DNA of 63,424 nucleotides, counting the filler, from Stramenopiles sp. TOSAG23-2 (lineage: Eukaryota): the NCBI GenBank assembly GCA_900128395.1. It is 6 parts of 6 records of this genome, joined end to end, with 100 filler letters (N's around TTAATTAATTAA, not from the genome) between each part and the next. Parts side by side here need not be neighbours in the genome. Positions count along the whole stretch, not along the records: positions 1 to 28,322 come from LT649403.1; 5 more parts are not named here. One strand, written 5' to 3'. This document shows positions 1-10,816 of the stretch, in pieces. The notes below the pieces were generated by a model. That model did no database searches and was not told the DNA's origin. It saw nothing but the letters and a program-made list of their open reading frames with translations. The stretch's first letter is position 1, and the number at the start of each line of letters is the position of its first letter. The translations under genes and the position numbers were made by a program.

Positions 1-2
1 TT

Positions 3-431
3 AAAGATCGGATCAATACACAATTAATTCGCTCATCCACGACATTATTAAATATAAATAACCATAATAATAATAATAATCGACAAGGAACAAAGGTTAT
101 TGATGGTAAAACTGAAGAAGATGACATTGCAAATGATGACATTGAGAGAATATGTAAAACATTAAAATTGAAAAAGAAAGAATTACTATTATTGATGGAC
201 AATATTAGTAAAAATCATAGCATTAATAATCTGAACAAATCAGTTGAAGAAATTCATATAGAATTAGAATTAATTGATTCATGTATAAAAATGTATGATG
301 AATCACAAACTGATGATGATGGTAATATGTACCATGCCAATGATGAAGAACTACAGAAAAACGAAAAAATAGATGAATTTATGACAATATCAAAATATTT
401 ATTATCACAGGGGCCTATTTTAGGTACTTGA
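3..431 (+). CDS. 3' end of a hypothetical protein (truncated by window edge)
   Basis: The frame of ORF 168..431 stays open back to position 3 (KDRINTQLIRSSTT...). The stop at 429-431 is followed by a (GT)n/AT-rich 3' region like those after other host genes. Confidence 0.6.
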   Translation, partial: KDRINTQLIRSSTTLLNINNHNNNNNRQGTKVIDGKTEEDDIANDDIERICKTLKLKKKELLLLMDNISKNHSINNLNKSVEEIHIELELIDSCIKMYDESQTDDDGNMYHANDEELQKNEKIDEFMTISKYLLSQGPILGT

Positions 432-787
432 GTGTAGTGTGTGTGTGTGTGCGTCTGCATATACAAAAATTAAAAATTGCGTGTGTAATTAAAACATTAG
501 TGCGAACATGAGTAAATTATAAAATACACGACAGGGGTGTGTGTACATCTATGTATATCCATATATTTTTCGTATTACATGAGACATATATCATATCATA
601 TATATATGATACGATTGAGTATTGAGCATATTACTTAACAGAGAAGTGTAAAAATATTATAACTTAGATTTTAACCATCTTATATGATACGAAATACTAA
701 AACACGTAATTTATATTTTTAAAAGAAAAGTAAAATTCAGATTTAAAAAAAAAAAAATACACACACAGGACACAGGAAAAAACTTAT

Positions 788-3700
788 TTACGCTATACAA
801 TTACCTTTGTGAATTCTAGTATCATAATCTTCAAGAAGCTTTTTAGCCCTTGGAGCTTTTGCCAGGAAAAAGTTCATTGTTTCTGCAACATCAGCAGGGC
901 CATTAAACCGCACGTCTATATTACCAATGACTTCCTCTTTGTTCAAACTGAAACCAGGTAAGCTTGGCTTCTTTTTTACACCTAAATATCCATGTAAATC
1001 AATACCTTGATTTACAAAATACTTCATGATGTAATCCATTCGCAACTTGTTGAGATCGCTTTGCTTAGTCTCTCCAACCATTTTTTTCATTTGATCAAAC
1101 ATATCATTTGCTGGGCCTTCCGCATTAAGACCTTTTGCACCGATTTCAACACCACCACCGAATGTAAAGCTTTTTGGATCCACTTTGCCATTTACACCTA
1201 ATATCGATTTTGCTGCTTCCAATGGCAAAAGCAAAGAGTTGAATAATACATGGCCTGCCTCTGTTTTACCTTTTAACAAACATTTATCTGACTTTACTTT
1301 AAACCAATCTGGCTTATCATCTGTACGGCCAAAGTATTCAATACCACCATGTAAATGGACACCGTAACTATGCTTTTTGCCAAACCATGCCAATCCTAAC
1401 CTATCAATAGCTCCTGCCATCATTGCACCATTTTTTGTTTTATCAGTTGCTTTGATATGCTTTGCATACCCACGCATCAATGTCAATGCATCCTTAGCTT
1501 GCGCCTCCTTAGTAATTTGGCTAATCGCATCTGTCCCGATTACTTGATTCAAAATTGCATGGATGAATAAATCAGAATTCATTTGGAAATTATTCTTAAA
1601 AATAACTCTCAAGTTTTTGTGACGTCCGTCTTCTAATTTTTTTGCATCCAATTTAAAGCCCGCACTTAATTTAAAGCCTTTACGGCCATCTTTAGCAACT
1701 TTGGTATTTCCCATCGCATTTAGAACATGAGGAATCATACTACCCTTTGCCATAAACTGTTGTTTTAAAGTGCAGTACATGCCATCTTTGGATTGTTTTG
1801 CTACTAATTTACGAAGATCCGCGTTGAAGTTGAATACTTTAAAAGTTTCTTTGTTCCCCATCATAGGGTTACCAATATTTGTCACTCCAAGTTCAGCTGC
1901 ATACAAATTGAAAAATTCCCTTCCTTTCTCTGGGATACATGTATGTACATCTTCATATCGCAATGTCCATTTACCGTTCGAACCACGTTCAAATGCCATT
2001 GCCATACCAATTCTCAATTCAATTTCTGCAGTACCTTGGTAGCCCATGGTGTCTATATTTTGATAAACCCAATTTAAGTGATCAACTTTAAGACTGATTC
2101 TAGGGAAGAAATGCTTGCTAACGGCAGAAACTTCGCATTTGCGTACAACTGCTAAATGCTCTTCAAATGAATTAGATAGGGTCTTCTCGTTACTAAACCA
2201 TAAACGCATTTCATCTCCACCATCTGAAATTTCAGTATGCATCGTCAAATCGACTTGGCGGACTTGAATGTGTTTTGCTCCAACAACACTTTTACCACCA
2301 TTCATCATTGTTCTAAATATATATGCTGGAATCAATGAATTATCATCAGCACTTTTGCATTTATATTTGCCTTTATTAGGTCCATCGTGATGTACCTCAT
2401 ATTGAGGGACATCAAAATGATACCATTCATATTTCTTAGCTTCACTTTTTTCCTCAATGAAAGATGTTTTTTTCTGTTCAAATACACACTTTCTATCGTC
2501 ACCATATTCAACTTTATTTGCATTGGCCCATTGTATAACTTTTGCAAGATCTTGTGGGTTGTAATTTTTAGTTGGTGACACGGCATCTTTTTGGCCAGCG
2601 ACGGCTTCTGCATCGGAGGCGGGCGCTTCTTGGACAGGAGCAGTTGCCTTCTCTACATCGGCAGGTTTATTCTCTGGCACTTTTTCATTTTCTTTCGCAT
2701 CACGCGATTCATCAGCTGGTCTCTTTTTTGGCCTTGTCGATGCCGTCAATCCATTGCCGGCATTACCTTTACTTCGCCCAGAGACACAACATTTTTGGTA
2801 TTTATCTCCCGCACATTTACCGCTAATTGGCGATTCTGCGCATTTCTTTTTTCGTACATCGATACATACACCACCTTGTGCACCTGAACATGCAGGGCCT
2901 GATAATTTTCCTTCCGCTAATTGTAACAACAATGAATTCGAATTTTTATCACGATCTAAGTTATTTGCTTTTGTCATCTCTTTGATTTCTTGGCTCAATT
3001 TTTGCGATTGCTCGTATATGTAGACAATTGATTCATCCATATTACTTGGACCATCAAATGCAAATCGTCCATGAAAACCTAATATATTTTTATTCCATGC
3101 CAAACCATCTCTATTGCCATTACCACCAGTCAAATCGATGTCGATCATAGCACCACGTTTCAATAAATACGTCAACATATCATTGCCACGTTCAATAACA
3201 CCGGCATTCTTCTTTTTATCCGCATTTGCCTTTGCTGCTACTGAATCTACAAATTCTGTCAATGGCCCAATAAACAAGGCATCGCTTACGTTGAAACCTA
3301 CTAAACCACTAACACGCAATTTACGATTTGGACCAGTAACATCCCATTCTTCAATTGGTGTATTTAATACCAAATCAAATGGAACTCTCATTGGATCAGA
3401 ATGTGGAATCGCTGCATTTAACGTTAAACGCGGTGCGTTAAAATTTATTCTACCTGCTGGTAGCGTCCCGCCATATTTAGCAGATTCTTCTTTTGTCAAT
3501 GCTACTTTTGATTTAGGGCCATAAATGCCAAATTTACCATTTACAACCATATTCACATCAGTTTGAGAATCATATACAGCATCTAAACCAGCTTGTATTA
3601 ACCCTGCCATTTTAGGATCTGCACGGAATGTATGAATAATATTTTTAGCCATAGCAGTATATGTCTTGCCGTACAATTCATGTACTGGAGTTAAGCCTTT

Positions 3701-4864
3701 CTTTTTCTTGGTATCTTTACTGAGGCTATCGGCTGCAATCCATTGCGTAGCTTGTAACGTTTGCTCTGAAATCGATTGTTTCTTTTTTTTACCATAGTCT
3801 TCCATCATTGCACTGAATAACGAATCGCTTTTGGAATCCACGTCTAATTTCATATCAAATGCCAAACGTGCATCTTTCGTACCTTTCCCTTTTAACGTGA
3901 TCGATCCGAAAGATTCAACGCCATGTTTTAAACTATTGATTTGGTCCAATAATTTTTTTGTTGCTTCTGGCTCAAAATCCTCGTCGCATGCACCTGGTGT
4001 TAAGCATTTAGTTAAAATAGCTTTTTGCTCCTCTGCGTTGGATTTAGCACGGGCAAGACCAGTTAAAAAAGCGGGTGGTTGGTCAATTAAATTGCAATAA
4101 ACGGCTTGACGTGCACTTGGTACAACAAACTTTTTAAACAGCCAATCTTGAAATGGATGTAAAAGCCATGACAGGCCACCGGCAACTTTCATTAAGAAAG
4201 TCTTTCCACCGGATGAATCGATATCAATATCATGGACACAAAATTTAACATGTTTCTCATCCCCAGCAAGCCATTTATTGGTTTTTGCATCATAAAAATG
4301 ATGTGCTGATAAACCCATTTTAAACTTTAAAACTACTTTTTTGGAACCGTACATTTTATCTTTCTTAAAATCTTTCATTTTCCAATTGTGCAAAGTCATT
4401 GCTACGTCTGTCAATGCAACGCTTTTTCTTTTGCATGAATCGGTTTTCATATCGTTATGCATTTTCGTTAATAGTCTTGATGCATCTTCGTTACTAACTT
4501 TCGTGTTGTACACGTTAAATTTTAAAGCCCATAATCCGTCTGAATTTTCTTTAAATTTCAGTCGTATTTTCGAGTCAATTTGTTGAAGTTCAATTCTATC
4601 CCATCCGAAACCACCATCAGGCAATTTTATTTTATGTTCGTATGGTGCAAATTCTGTCTTAAACTCAGCATCATTAGCACCACCCATCTCCACTAAGGAT
4701 GATTCTTGTAAGAAAGAAGTTATAGTCTCCTCGTTGATATCTAAAAACGAAGAATCTTTACCTTTTTTACACTCAAACCCTTTTGCATTTGTTCTTGATG
4801 ATAAACATACTATTAATACAACAACAAATGTTGCGATGAATGTAAAGGAAGAACGATTCATCAT
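788..4864 (-). CDS. Large secreted protein with two internally duplicated modules and a central 6-Cys motif
   Basis: 1358-aa ORF. N-terminal hydrophobic signal peptide (FTFIATFVVVLIVCLSS). The two halves share aligned motifs. Central CSGAQGGVC...C...GKCAG...KCC. Confidence 0.85.
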   Translation of the reverse strand: MMNRSSFTFIATFVVVLIVCLSSRTNAKGFECKKGKDSSFLDINEETITSFLQESSLVEMGGANDAEFKTEFAPYEHKIKLPDGGFGWDRIELQQIDSKIRLKFKENSDGLWALKFNVYNTKVSNEDASRLLTKMHNDMKTDSCKRKSVALTDVAMTLHNWKMKDFKKDKMYGSKKVVLKFKMGLSAHHFYDAKTNKWLAGDEKHVKFCVHDIDIDSSGGKTFLMKVAGGLSWLLHPFQDWLFKKFVVPSARQAVYCNLIDQPPAFLTGLARAKSNAEEQKAILTKCLTPGACDEDFEPEATKKLLDQINSLKHGVESFGSITLKGKGTKDARLAFDMKLDVDSKSDSLFSAMMEDYGKKKKQSISEQTLQATQWIAADSLSKDTKKKKGLTPVHELYGKTYTAMAKNIIHTFRADPKMAGLIQAGLDAVYDSQTDVNMVVNGKFGIYGPKSKVALTKEESAKYGGTLPAGRINFNAPRLTLNAAIPHSDPMRVPFDLVLNTPIEEWDVTGPNRKLRVSGLVGFNVSDALFIGPLTEFVDSVAAKANADKKKNAGVIERGNDMLTYLLKRGAMIDIDLTGGNGNRDGLAWNKNILGFHGRFAFDGPSNMDESIVYIYEQSQKLSQEIKEMTKANNLDRDKNSNSLLLQLAEGKLSGPACSGAQGGVCIDVRKKKCAESPISGKCAGDKYQKCCVSGRSKGNAGNGLTASTRPKKRPADESRDAKENEKVPENKPADVEKATAPVQEAPASDAEAVAGQKDAVSPTKNYNPQDLAKVIQWANANKVEYGDDRKCVFEQKKTSFIEEKSEAKKYEWYHFDVPQYEVHHDGPNKGKYKCKSADDNSLIPAYIFRTMMNGGKSVVGAKHIQVRQVDLTMHTEISDGGDEMRLWFSNEKTLSNSFEEHLAVVRKCEVSAVSKHFFPRISLKVDHLNWVYQNIDTMGYQGTAEIELRIGMAMAFERGSNGKWTLRYEDVHTCIPEKGREFFNLYAAELGVTNIGNPMMGNKETFKVFNFNADLRKLVAKQSKDGMYCTLKQQFMAKGSMIPHVLNAMGNTKVAKDGRKGFKLSAGFKLDAKKLEDGRHKNLRVIFKNNFQMNSDLFIHAILNQVIGTDAISQITKEAQAKDALTLMRGYAKHIKATDKTKNGAMMAGAIDRLGLAWFGKKHSYGVHLHGGIEYFGRTDDKPDWFKVKSDKCLLKGKTEAGHVLFNSLLLPLEAAKSILGVNGKVDPKSFTFGGGVEIGAKGLNAEGPANDMFDQMKKMVGETKQSDLNKLRMDYIMKYFVNQGIDLHGYLGVKKKPSLPGFSLNKEEVIGNIDVRFNGPADVAETMNFFLAKAPRAKKLLEDYDTRIHKGNCIA

Positions 4865-5889
4865 CGTGGTATCTATATATGTATGTATGTATGTACCAAT
4901 ATATATAACGAGTAAGATTATATGTTGCAGTGGGTGTGTGTGTAGATGTAGATCTGAAGTTAAATTAATGTATTCTTTATACTATCGAACTATTGTAAAC
5001 TCAGCCAAAACAAAAGGTCAGCTCCCCCTTTTTCTTTCAACCACTTCATTTTAATTGTGTGGGATTTCTTTCGAAAAGAAAATATGGTTATAATAGGTAA
5101 TAATAGTTAGTAGACTACAATGTATGTACGACGTCGTTTTTGGGATGAAACCAGGTTTTATAGTCATAGTCGTCTAGCTATTATTAATCCCCTGCTTTGG
5201 GCCTGCTGGGCCTGCCAGGCCTGCTACTGTGGGCTTCCCATACTATTTGGGCCTGCCCAGGGCCTGCTCATGAAATACAATAGGAATAAGCACCTGATTG
5301 ATGCCCGGCCTGCCCAGCCTGGCAGAGCAAAATGTAGATCTATCTTGTCCATATGTTGCATAGTCGTCTATGCAAACAGCCTCTCTGGCAAAAAATGAAG
5401 AAGCCGCCAATAATAATGTGATGCTACAGTACTATCTGGCCAGGCTGGCCTTGGGCTGCTGGCTATCTGGCACTATCAACAATACTAATTAGCATTATGC
5501 TCTAATTCTAACTAATAATAATCCAAGCTAATAATATAATAAATATAAATATTATTGAATGAATAGAAGATCCAAAATATATATATATTACATCGAAATA
5601 TATATATACATAGATGTATGTATGTATATATATATATTATAGTAAACAGAAACAATAGAATATAAATATTTACGATTTATTACAATTTATAAAAAATTCA
5701 TCTTTGTGCATATATATATATATTGCATTAGACATACGGAATATATAATATTTATTTCCTCTTTGTGTGTGTGTGTGTGTGTTGTGTGTTGGTTTTGGAA
5801 AAAGACATATATACATTAATATATAAAGTACATTAATATAATAGTTAAGAATAATAAAAAAAATATCTTAAAAAAACAAAAACAAAAAA

Positions 5890-7932
5890 ATGAATCTTGA
5901 TAAACTTTCCAATATGGTACGTAAGACGTTTAAACCTACAGAGGTTGAAGCGAAATTACAAGAGGCATTGTCGAAGAAAAATTGGGGTGCATCCTCAACT
6001 GTTATGAATGATATATCACGATATACATTTGATTATCAAGAATATAGTGTAGTCATGAAAGCTGTTTGGGACGGTGTTAACGAAAAAGGTAAAAATTGGC
6101 GTGTTGTGTTTAAAGCATTGTCTTTATTAGAGCATTTAATTAAAAACGGTGCTGAGCGCTGCGTAGACGAAGCTCGAGAGCGAATATATACTATACGAAC
6201 CTTAACTGAATTCAGGTACAACGAGAATGGTTCAGAAAAAGGCACTGGTGTTCGTGAAAAGGCAAAACAGTTAGTTACATTATTAAACGATACAAAACAA
6301 ATACGTGAAGCACGTAAACGTGCGCGTGAGTTAAGGGACAAATTTGTTGGTATTAGTTCCCATCAAGCAGGCTTCGATGGCCCACGTCGCGGTGGTAGTA
6401 ACAACAGGAATGGACGCAACAATCGTAGTAGGAACAAAGGCAGTGGTAGTACCTTTGATCGCCGTGATGATTTCGGTGGTTTTGGCAATGAAAGTGGTTC
6501 ATATAGTAGTGGTGGATTTCAAAGTGGTGGCAAATCAAGGAAAAATCGTAGTAATAATAAAAATAAAAATAAAAATACATTTAGCGATGATACACCAAAT
6601 AAATCCAACAACGGCCGGAAAAACAAGGAAAATAGTAGTGGTGGTAGAGGACGCAGACGCAAGCAAGAAGAAAATTCAGATTCAGGCAGCGATTCAAGTT
6701 CTGATAGCGATTCAAGCTCAGATAGTGATTCTGATAGTGATTCAGATAGCGATGACAATCAACAACAACAACAGCAGCAGCAAAAAACAAGAAATAACAG
6801 AAAGCAAGCAACGCCGAACAAAAAGAAATCGACTGGCAAATTTAATATTAAAATCAAATCTGCAAAGAAATCAAATGGTAAAAAAGCAAACAGAAACAAA
6901 AACAAAGGGAATGGCAACAGCAACAATAACGATGCTGATGACTTCTTCGGTGGCGGTAGTAGTAACAATAACAACGACAACGATATGAGTTTTGGTGCGT
7001 TTGAAGGAGGTAACGATGGTTTCGATGCGTTCCAAAGTGGTGGTGGTGGAGGAGGAGAAAATGATAGTTTTGGCGCATTTGAAAGTAGTAACAACAATAG
7101 TAGTAATAATAATGATGGCTTCGGCGCATTTGATACAGGTGGTGCTAGTAACAACAGCAATAACGGTGGGTTTGATGCATTTCAAAGTGCACCAGTTCAG
7201 CAACAGCAGCAGCAACAACAGCAAGGTGGACAAGATGATTTCTTTGGTGGAAATACTGGCGGTGGCGGGGATGATTTCTTTGGAGGTAATAATACTGCAC
7301 CACCAGCACCTGTATCACAAGATTTATTTTCAGCTCCAATGCAACAACAACCACCCCAACAACAAATCAACATGGCAATGAATCAGCAGCAACAAATGCA
7401 ACAACAACAACCGCCTAAAAAGAAAGGTTTAGATTTAGGTGCTGGTAGTGATTTAGTATCATTAGATGCATTATCCTTATCAAAACCAGTCAATAAAAAA
7501 ACAGAAAGTATGAATAAGAAAACAAGTATGAACAATGCAAAATTGCCATCGTGGAATAATGCTGGACCATCCATGATGGGTGGTGGTGGTGTGATGATGC
7601 CACAGCAACAAAGGATGATGCCACAACAACAAGGTTATGGAGGATACCCACAACAGCAACAAATGGGAAACCAAATGGGAATGGGAAATCAAATGGGAAA
7701 CCAAATGATGGGAAACCAAATGATGGAAAACCAAATGGGATATCAGCAAAACAATATGGGTATGGGTATGCAGCAGCAAGGTTACGGTATGCAGCAGCAA
7801 GGTTACCCACAACAGCAGCAAATGGGTGGCATGGGCATGGGAAATCAAATGGGTGGCATGGGTATGCAACAGCAGAATCAACAACAGCAACAACAGCAAC
7901 AAGGTAATGATGCATTTAATTTTTTTGGTTAA
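5890..7932 (+). CDS. Epsin-related ENTH-domain protein (epsinR/CLINT1-like clathrin adaptor)
   Basis: N-terminal ENTH (EALSKKNWGAS...KNWRVVFKALSLLEHLIKNG...GVREKAK). Multiple DDFF/FGAF/FDAF adaptor-ear motifs, a clathrin-box-like DLVSLD and a Met/Gln/Gly-rich tail. Confidence 0.92.
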   Translation: MNLDKLSNMVRKTFKPTEVEAKLQEALSKKNWGASSTVMNDISRYTFDYQEYSVVMKAVWDGVNEKGKNWRVVFKALSLLEHLIKNGAERCVDEARERIYTIRTLTEFRYNENGSEKGTGVREKAKQLVTLLNDTKQIREARKRARELRDKFVGISSHQAGFDGPRRGGSNNRNGRNNRSRNKGSGSTFDRRDDFGGFGNESGSYSSGGFQSGGKSRKNRSNNKNKNKNTFSDDTPNKSNNGRKNKENSSGGRGRRRKQEENSDSGSDSSSDSDSSSDSDSDSDSDSDDNQQQQQQQQKTRNNRKQATPNKKKSTGKFNIKIKSAKKSNGKKANRNKNKGNGNSNNNDADDFFGGGSSNNNNDNDMSFGAFEGGNDGFDAFQSGGGGGGENDSFGAFESSNNNSSNNNDGFGAFDTGGASNNSNNGGFDAFQSAPVQQQQQQQQQGGQDDFFGGNTGGGGDDFFGGNNTAPPAPVSQDLFSAPMQQQPPQQQINMAMNQQQQMQQQQPPKKKGLDLGAGSDLVSLDALSLSKPVNKKTESMNKKTSMNNAKLPSWNNAGPSMMGGGGVMMPQQQRMMPQQQGYGGYPQQQQMGNQMGMGNQMGNQMMGNQMMENQMGYQQNNMGMGMQQQGYGMQQQGYPQQQQMGGMGMGNQMGGMGMQQQNQQQQQQQQGNDAFNFFG

Positions 7933-8476
7933 AAAAAACAAGCTTAAGTGGCAGTCGGCAATGTAAACTGGTGACATAGTATCATACGGAACCCCTCGTA
8001 GGATTTAATCCCTAATAACAAAAACCTAATTTTGCAAACTTTAAAAACATCTCATTTGGAGTGTGAAAAATGATACATGTGTGTGTGTGTGTGGACACAT
8101 TCAAAGAGAGAGAAAAATTAAAAATTAAAAATTTTATACAAGACGTATGATATATGATAAGCATACGAGTATGACACATTTATTAAAAATACTGGAAATT
8201 AAAAAAATCAAAAATTAACACATCATTACACCACATATATCATATTAAATTACACACATACACTCGCATTTATAATATTTTTTTAAAATGTACACATCAC
8301 ACAGCAGCATACCACCTGGTGGTAGCTGTAAATCTCAGCTGGGAACGAAGACTCTGCAGTTGCCAGACAGAGAGTAACAGCAGCGTACATAATAGACATT
8401 TTTAAATATAAACGATCAGATATCGTAAAAATAAATTATGCATTAATTAAATATATATACGATATCTAGATATAAT

Positions 8477-10219
8477 TCAATCTGAATCTGCTGATAATGA
8501 TAATTCATCAGACAATCCTGCAAGATCATCAGTAGAGGAATCTGTACCATAATCAAATTCTTCTCCATCATTCTGCTTTAATTCACGATAATCTTCATGA
8601 TTGCTACTATGTGTTTTTTTAATAATATTTTTATTGGACACAGTATCATCCTTTGCAATCATTGATATATTGTTTTCTTCTTTACCTTTATTATTATCTT
8701 GTTTACTAATTTCTTTACTTTCATTATTATTAACAGGAACTTTCTTTTTATTTTTTGTTATTGTTTTATTTTTCATCTCTAATTTATTTGCGACAATCCC
8801 ACCACGTCCTTTTTTTTTGGGATATACTTGTTGATTTGTATTGCTATTAACAATATTGTTACTATTGGTTTGATTGGTACTTCTATCATTGAGATCCATC
8901 ATTTTTGAAAACATCATTAATATCTTACTAAATTTTTTTCTACTTTTCTTCATCTGTCTTTTTAATGCATTAAATTCTGCCCTAGACACAAATTCACCCT
9001 CCTCTAAATCATCTAAATCACTGCCGCCACCACCACCGTTATTCCTTTCTGTTTTATTATTTTTTATCTTTTTTCTACGCCGTTGACTCTTTTTCTGTAT
9101 TCGAGGAGACTTATCAATAACTTCTTCGTCTCCAAAAAAGCCACTTTTTACCTGCTTTCCTATTTCACTTACAACATCATTATGTTTAATCATCTTCATT
9201 TCATCGACAATTTCTCTCCGTATCATATAGCTAAAGACTACACCATCAACTTTAGATGCAAGTTGTAAAGCAGTTTCCATTCGTGTATTTGGTAAATGAG
9301 GGTCACAACCGCATTGAATCATGCCAGCCAGTACGACGCAAATTTCATAACTATTTTCAGGCACATGTTCTTCCACATCTAACAATGCATGTAACACTCT
9401 ATGTAATGGTAATGATTCTTCATGATGGTGTATATCATCATCATCCACGTGTATACCATCATCTTCAACACGTTGTGCTTCATTGTATCCATATGCGAAT
9501 ATATTTGTTGCATCATGATTTGATAATTTCATTACATCGCCACATGTAGAAAAACCAATGGCACATAAATATCGTAAGAAAGTAGAATCTTGGCATAATT
9601 GATCAATTGGCATATCATCAAATACCTTGAAATCACGTGTTAATACCATTGCATGTAATGGTACAAAATCTTCACTCAATTCATATTCGCTACAAGCAAC
9701 TGGTAAAGCTGCAAGTATGGCCACATCTACTAATAAAAATTGAATGTAAAAATAATTTGCCTGTATAAAATATTGTGCAACAAAGTCTTTCATGCGTTCA
9801 CCGCCTTTTTTATCCTCATCCTCGTCGATTGTAAACCACCAATAATCAATTTTAGATGGTTCCATTCCTTCGCTCATTTTTCGTTGATGTATTCGTACAC
9901 AAGCTGTTGCTAAACGTTTTATTTGTTTGACTACAACACGTACAGTTTTAGCAATAAAAAGTAAAACATCCATTCGATTATGAAACTTGCGATCTTCATA
10001 TGGTAAATCAAGATAACCATTTAATTGTCGGAAATACTTGTTCATTGTCCCTTCAATTGACTTTGCTAATTTTTCTTCCTCGTTTTCTTGTAATATTTTC
10101 AAACTTTCTCCATAATAATCTATATTTCCTTCCCCATATGCGTCAATGAAATCAGCAATTGTTTCCTTATATGGTTCCATAGCATGACTATATACTTTTC
10201 TTTCACTTACGCTATCCAT
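8477..10219 (-). CDS. Hypothetical protein with one ankyrin-like repeat and a coiled coil
   Basis: 580-aa ATG-initiated ORF. GCDPHLPNTRMETALQLA resembles an ankyrin repeat junction. Low-complexity C-terminus. Confidence 0.7.
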   Translation of the reverse strand: MDSVSERKVYSHAMEPYKETIADFIDAYGEGNIDYYGESLKILQENEEEKLAKSIEGTMNKYFRQLNGYLDLPYEDRKFHNRMDVLLFIAKTVRVVVKQIKRLATACVRIHQRKMSEGMEPSKIDYWWFTIDEDEDKKGGERMKDFVAQYFIQANYFYIQFLLVDVAILAALPVACSEYELSEDFVPLHAMVLTRDFKVFDDMPIDQLCQDSTFLRYLCAIGFSTCGDVMKLSNHDATNIFAYGYNEAQRVEDDGIHVDDDDIHHHEESLPLHRVLHALLDVEEHVPENSYEICVVLAGMIQCGCDPHLPNTRMETALQLASKVDGVVFSYMIRREIVDEMKMIKHNDVVSEIGKQVKSGFFGDEEVIDKSPRIQKKSQRRRKKIKNNKTERNNGGGGGSDLDDLEEGEFVSRAEFNALKRQMKKSRKKFSKILMMFSKMMDLNDRSTNQTNSNNIVNSNTNQQVYPKKKGRGGIVANKLEMKNKTITKNKKKVPVNNNESKEISKQDNNKGKEENNISMIAKDDTVSNKNIIKKTHSSNHEDYRELKQNDGEEFDYGTDSSTDDLAGLSDELSLSADSD

Positions 10220-10816
10220 TTTATTTATTTTTTCAAACGCTTCTATATTATTACTAGAAAGTGATTTATTTATCTATGCATCTATATATACATATATAAT
10301 TTTCTAATAATGTTAAAGTACGTAATATTATTTACTATTCTCATCTATTATACACACATTGATGTTACCTCTTCTCTCTATATATATGTATGCACACGTA
10401 TAATTTTAAAATATTTGCACATTTATTATATATTTCTAATATTAGCAGTTATTTTTCAACTGTGCCTCTTCATGCCGATTTGTGCCTTCTGATCTAGCAT
10501 CAACATAGCAGGTGCTACGATATACGTAGAATAATTATAAAAGTTAAGGTAAAGGACTAAAATCATGATGATGAATTCAAATGAAGAAAAAATAATGCAA
10601 CAACAAAGCTGGAAAGCCAGAAAGCACCAAATGTGCAAATGTGCAGCAGGTTAGCAACAACGAACAAATAATAATAATAAGGGAATAATAGTTGCAATAA
10701 TAATACGAAAAAGAAAAAAATTATTATATATATATAAAAATTAGAATATACAATTGAAAATTGGAAAATAGTAATGTGTGTATCATGTAATCCATGCAAA
10801 CCAATCAAATGGTAAG

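Noticed and set aside
5120-5398. 92-aa ORF in the divergent spacer
   Set aside because: It stays open only because of the GC-rich GGCCTGC repeat patch and has no protein-like features.
6344-7977. Overlapping and antisense ORFs (poly-Leu/Val/Cys) over the epsin gene, and similar ones over the MORN tail and FANCD2
   Set aside because: They are shadows of trinucleotide low-complexity coding repeats.
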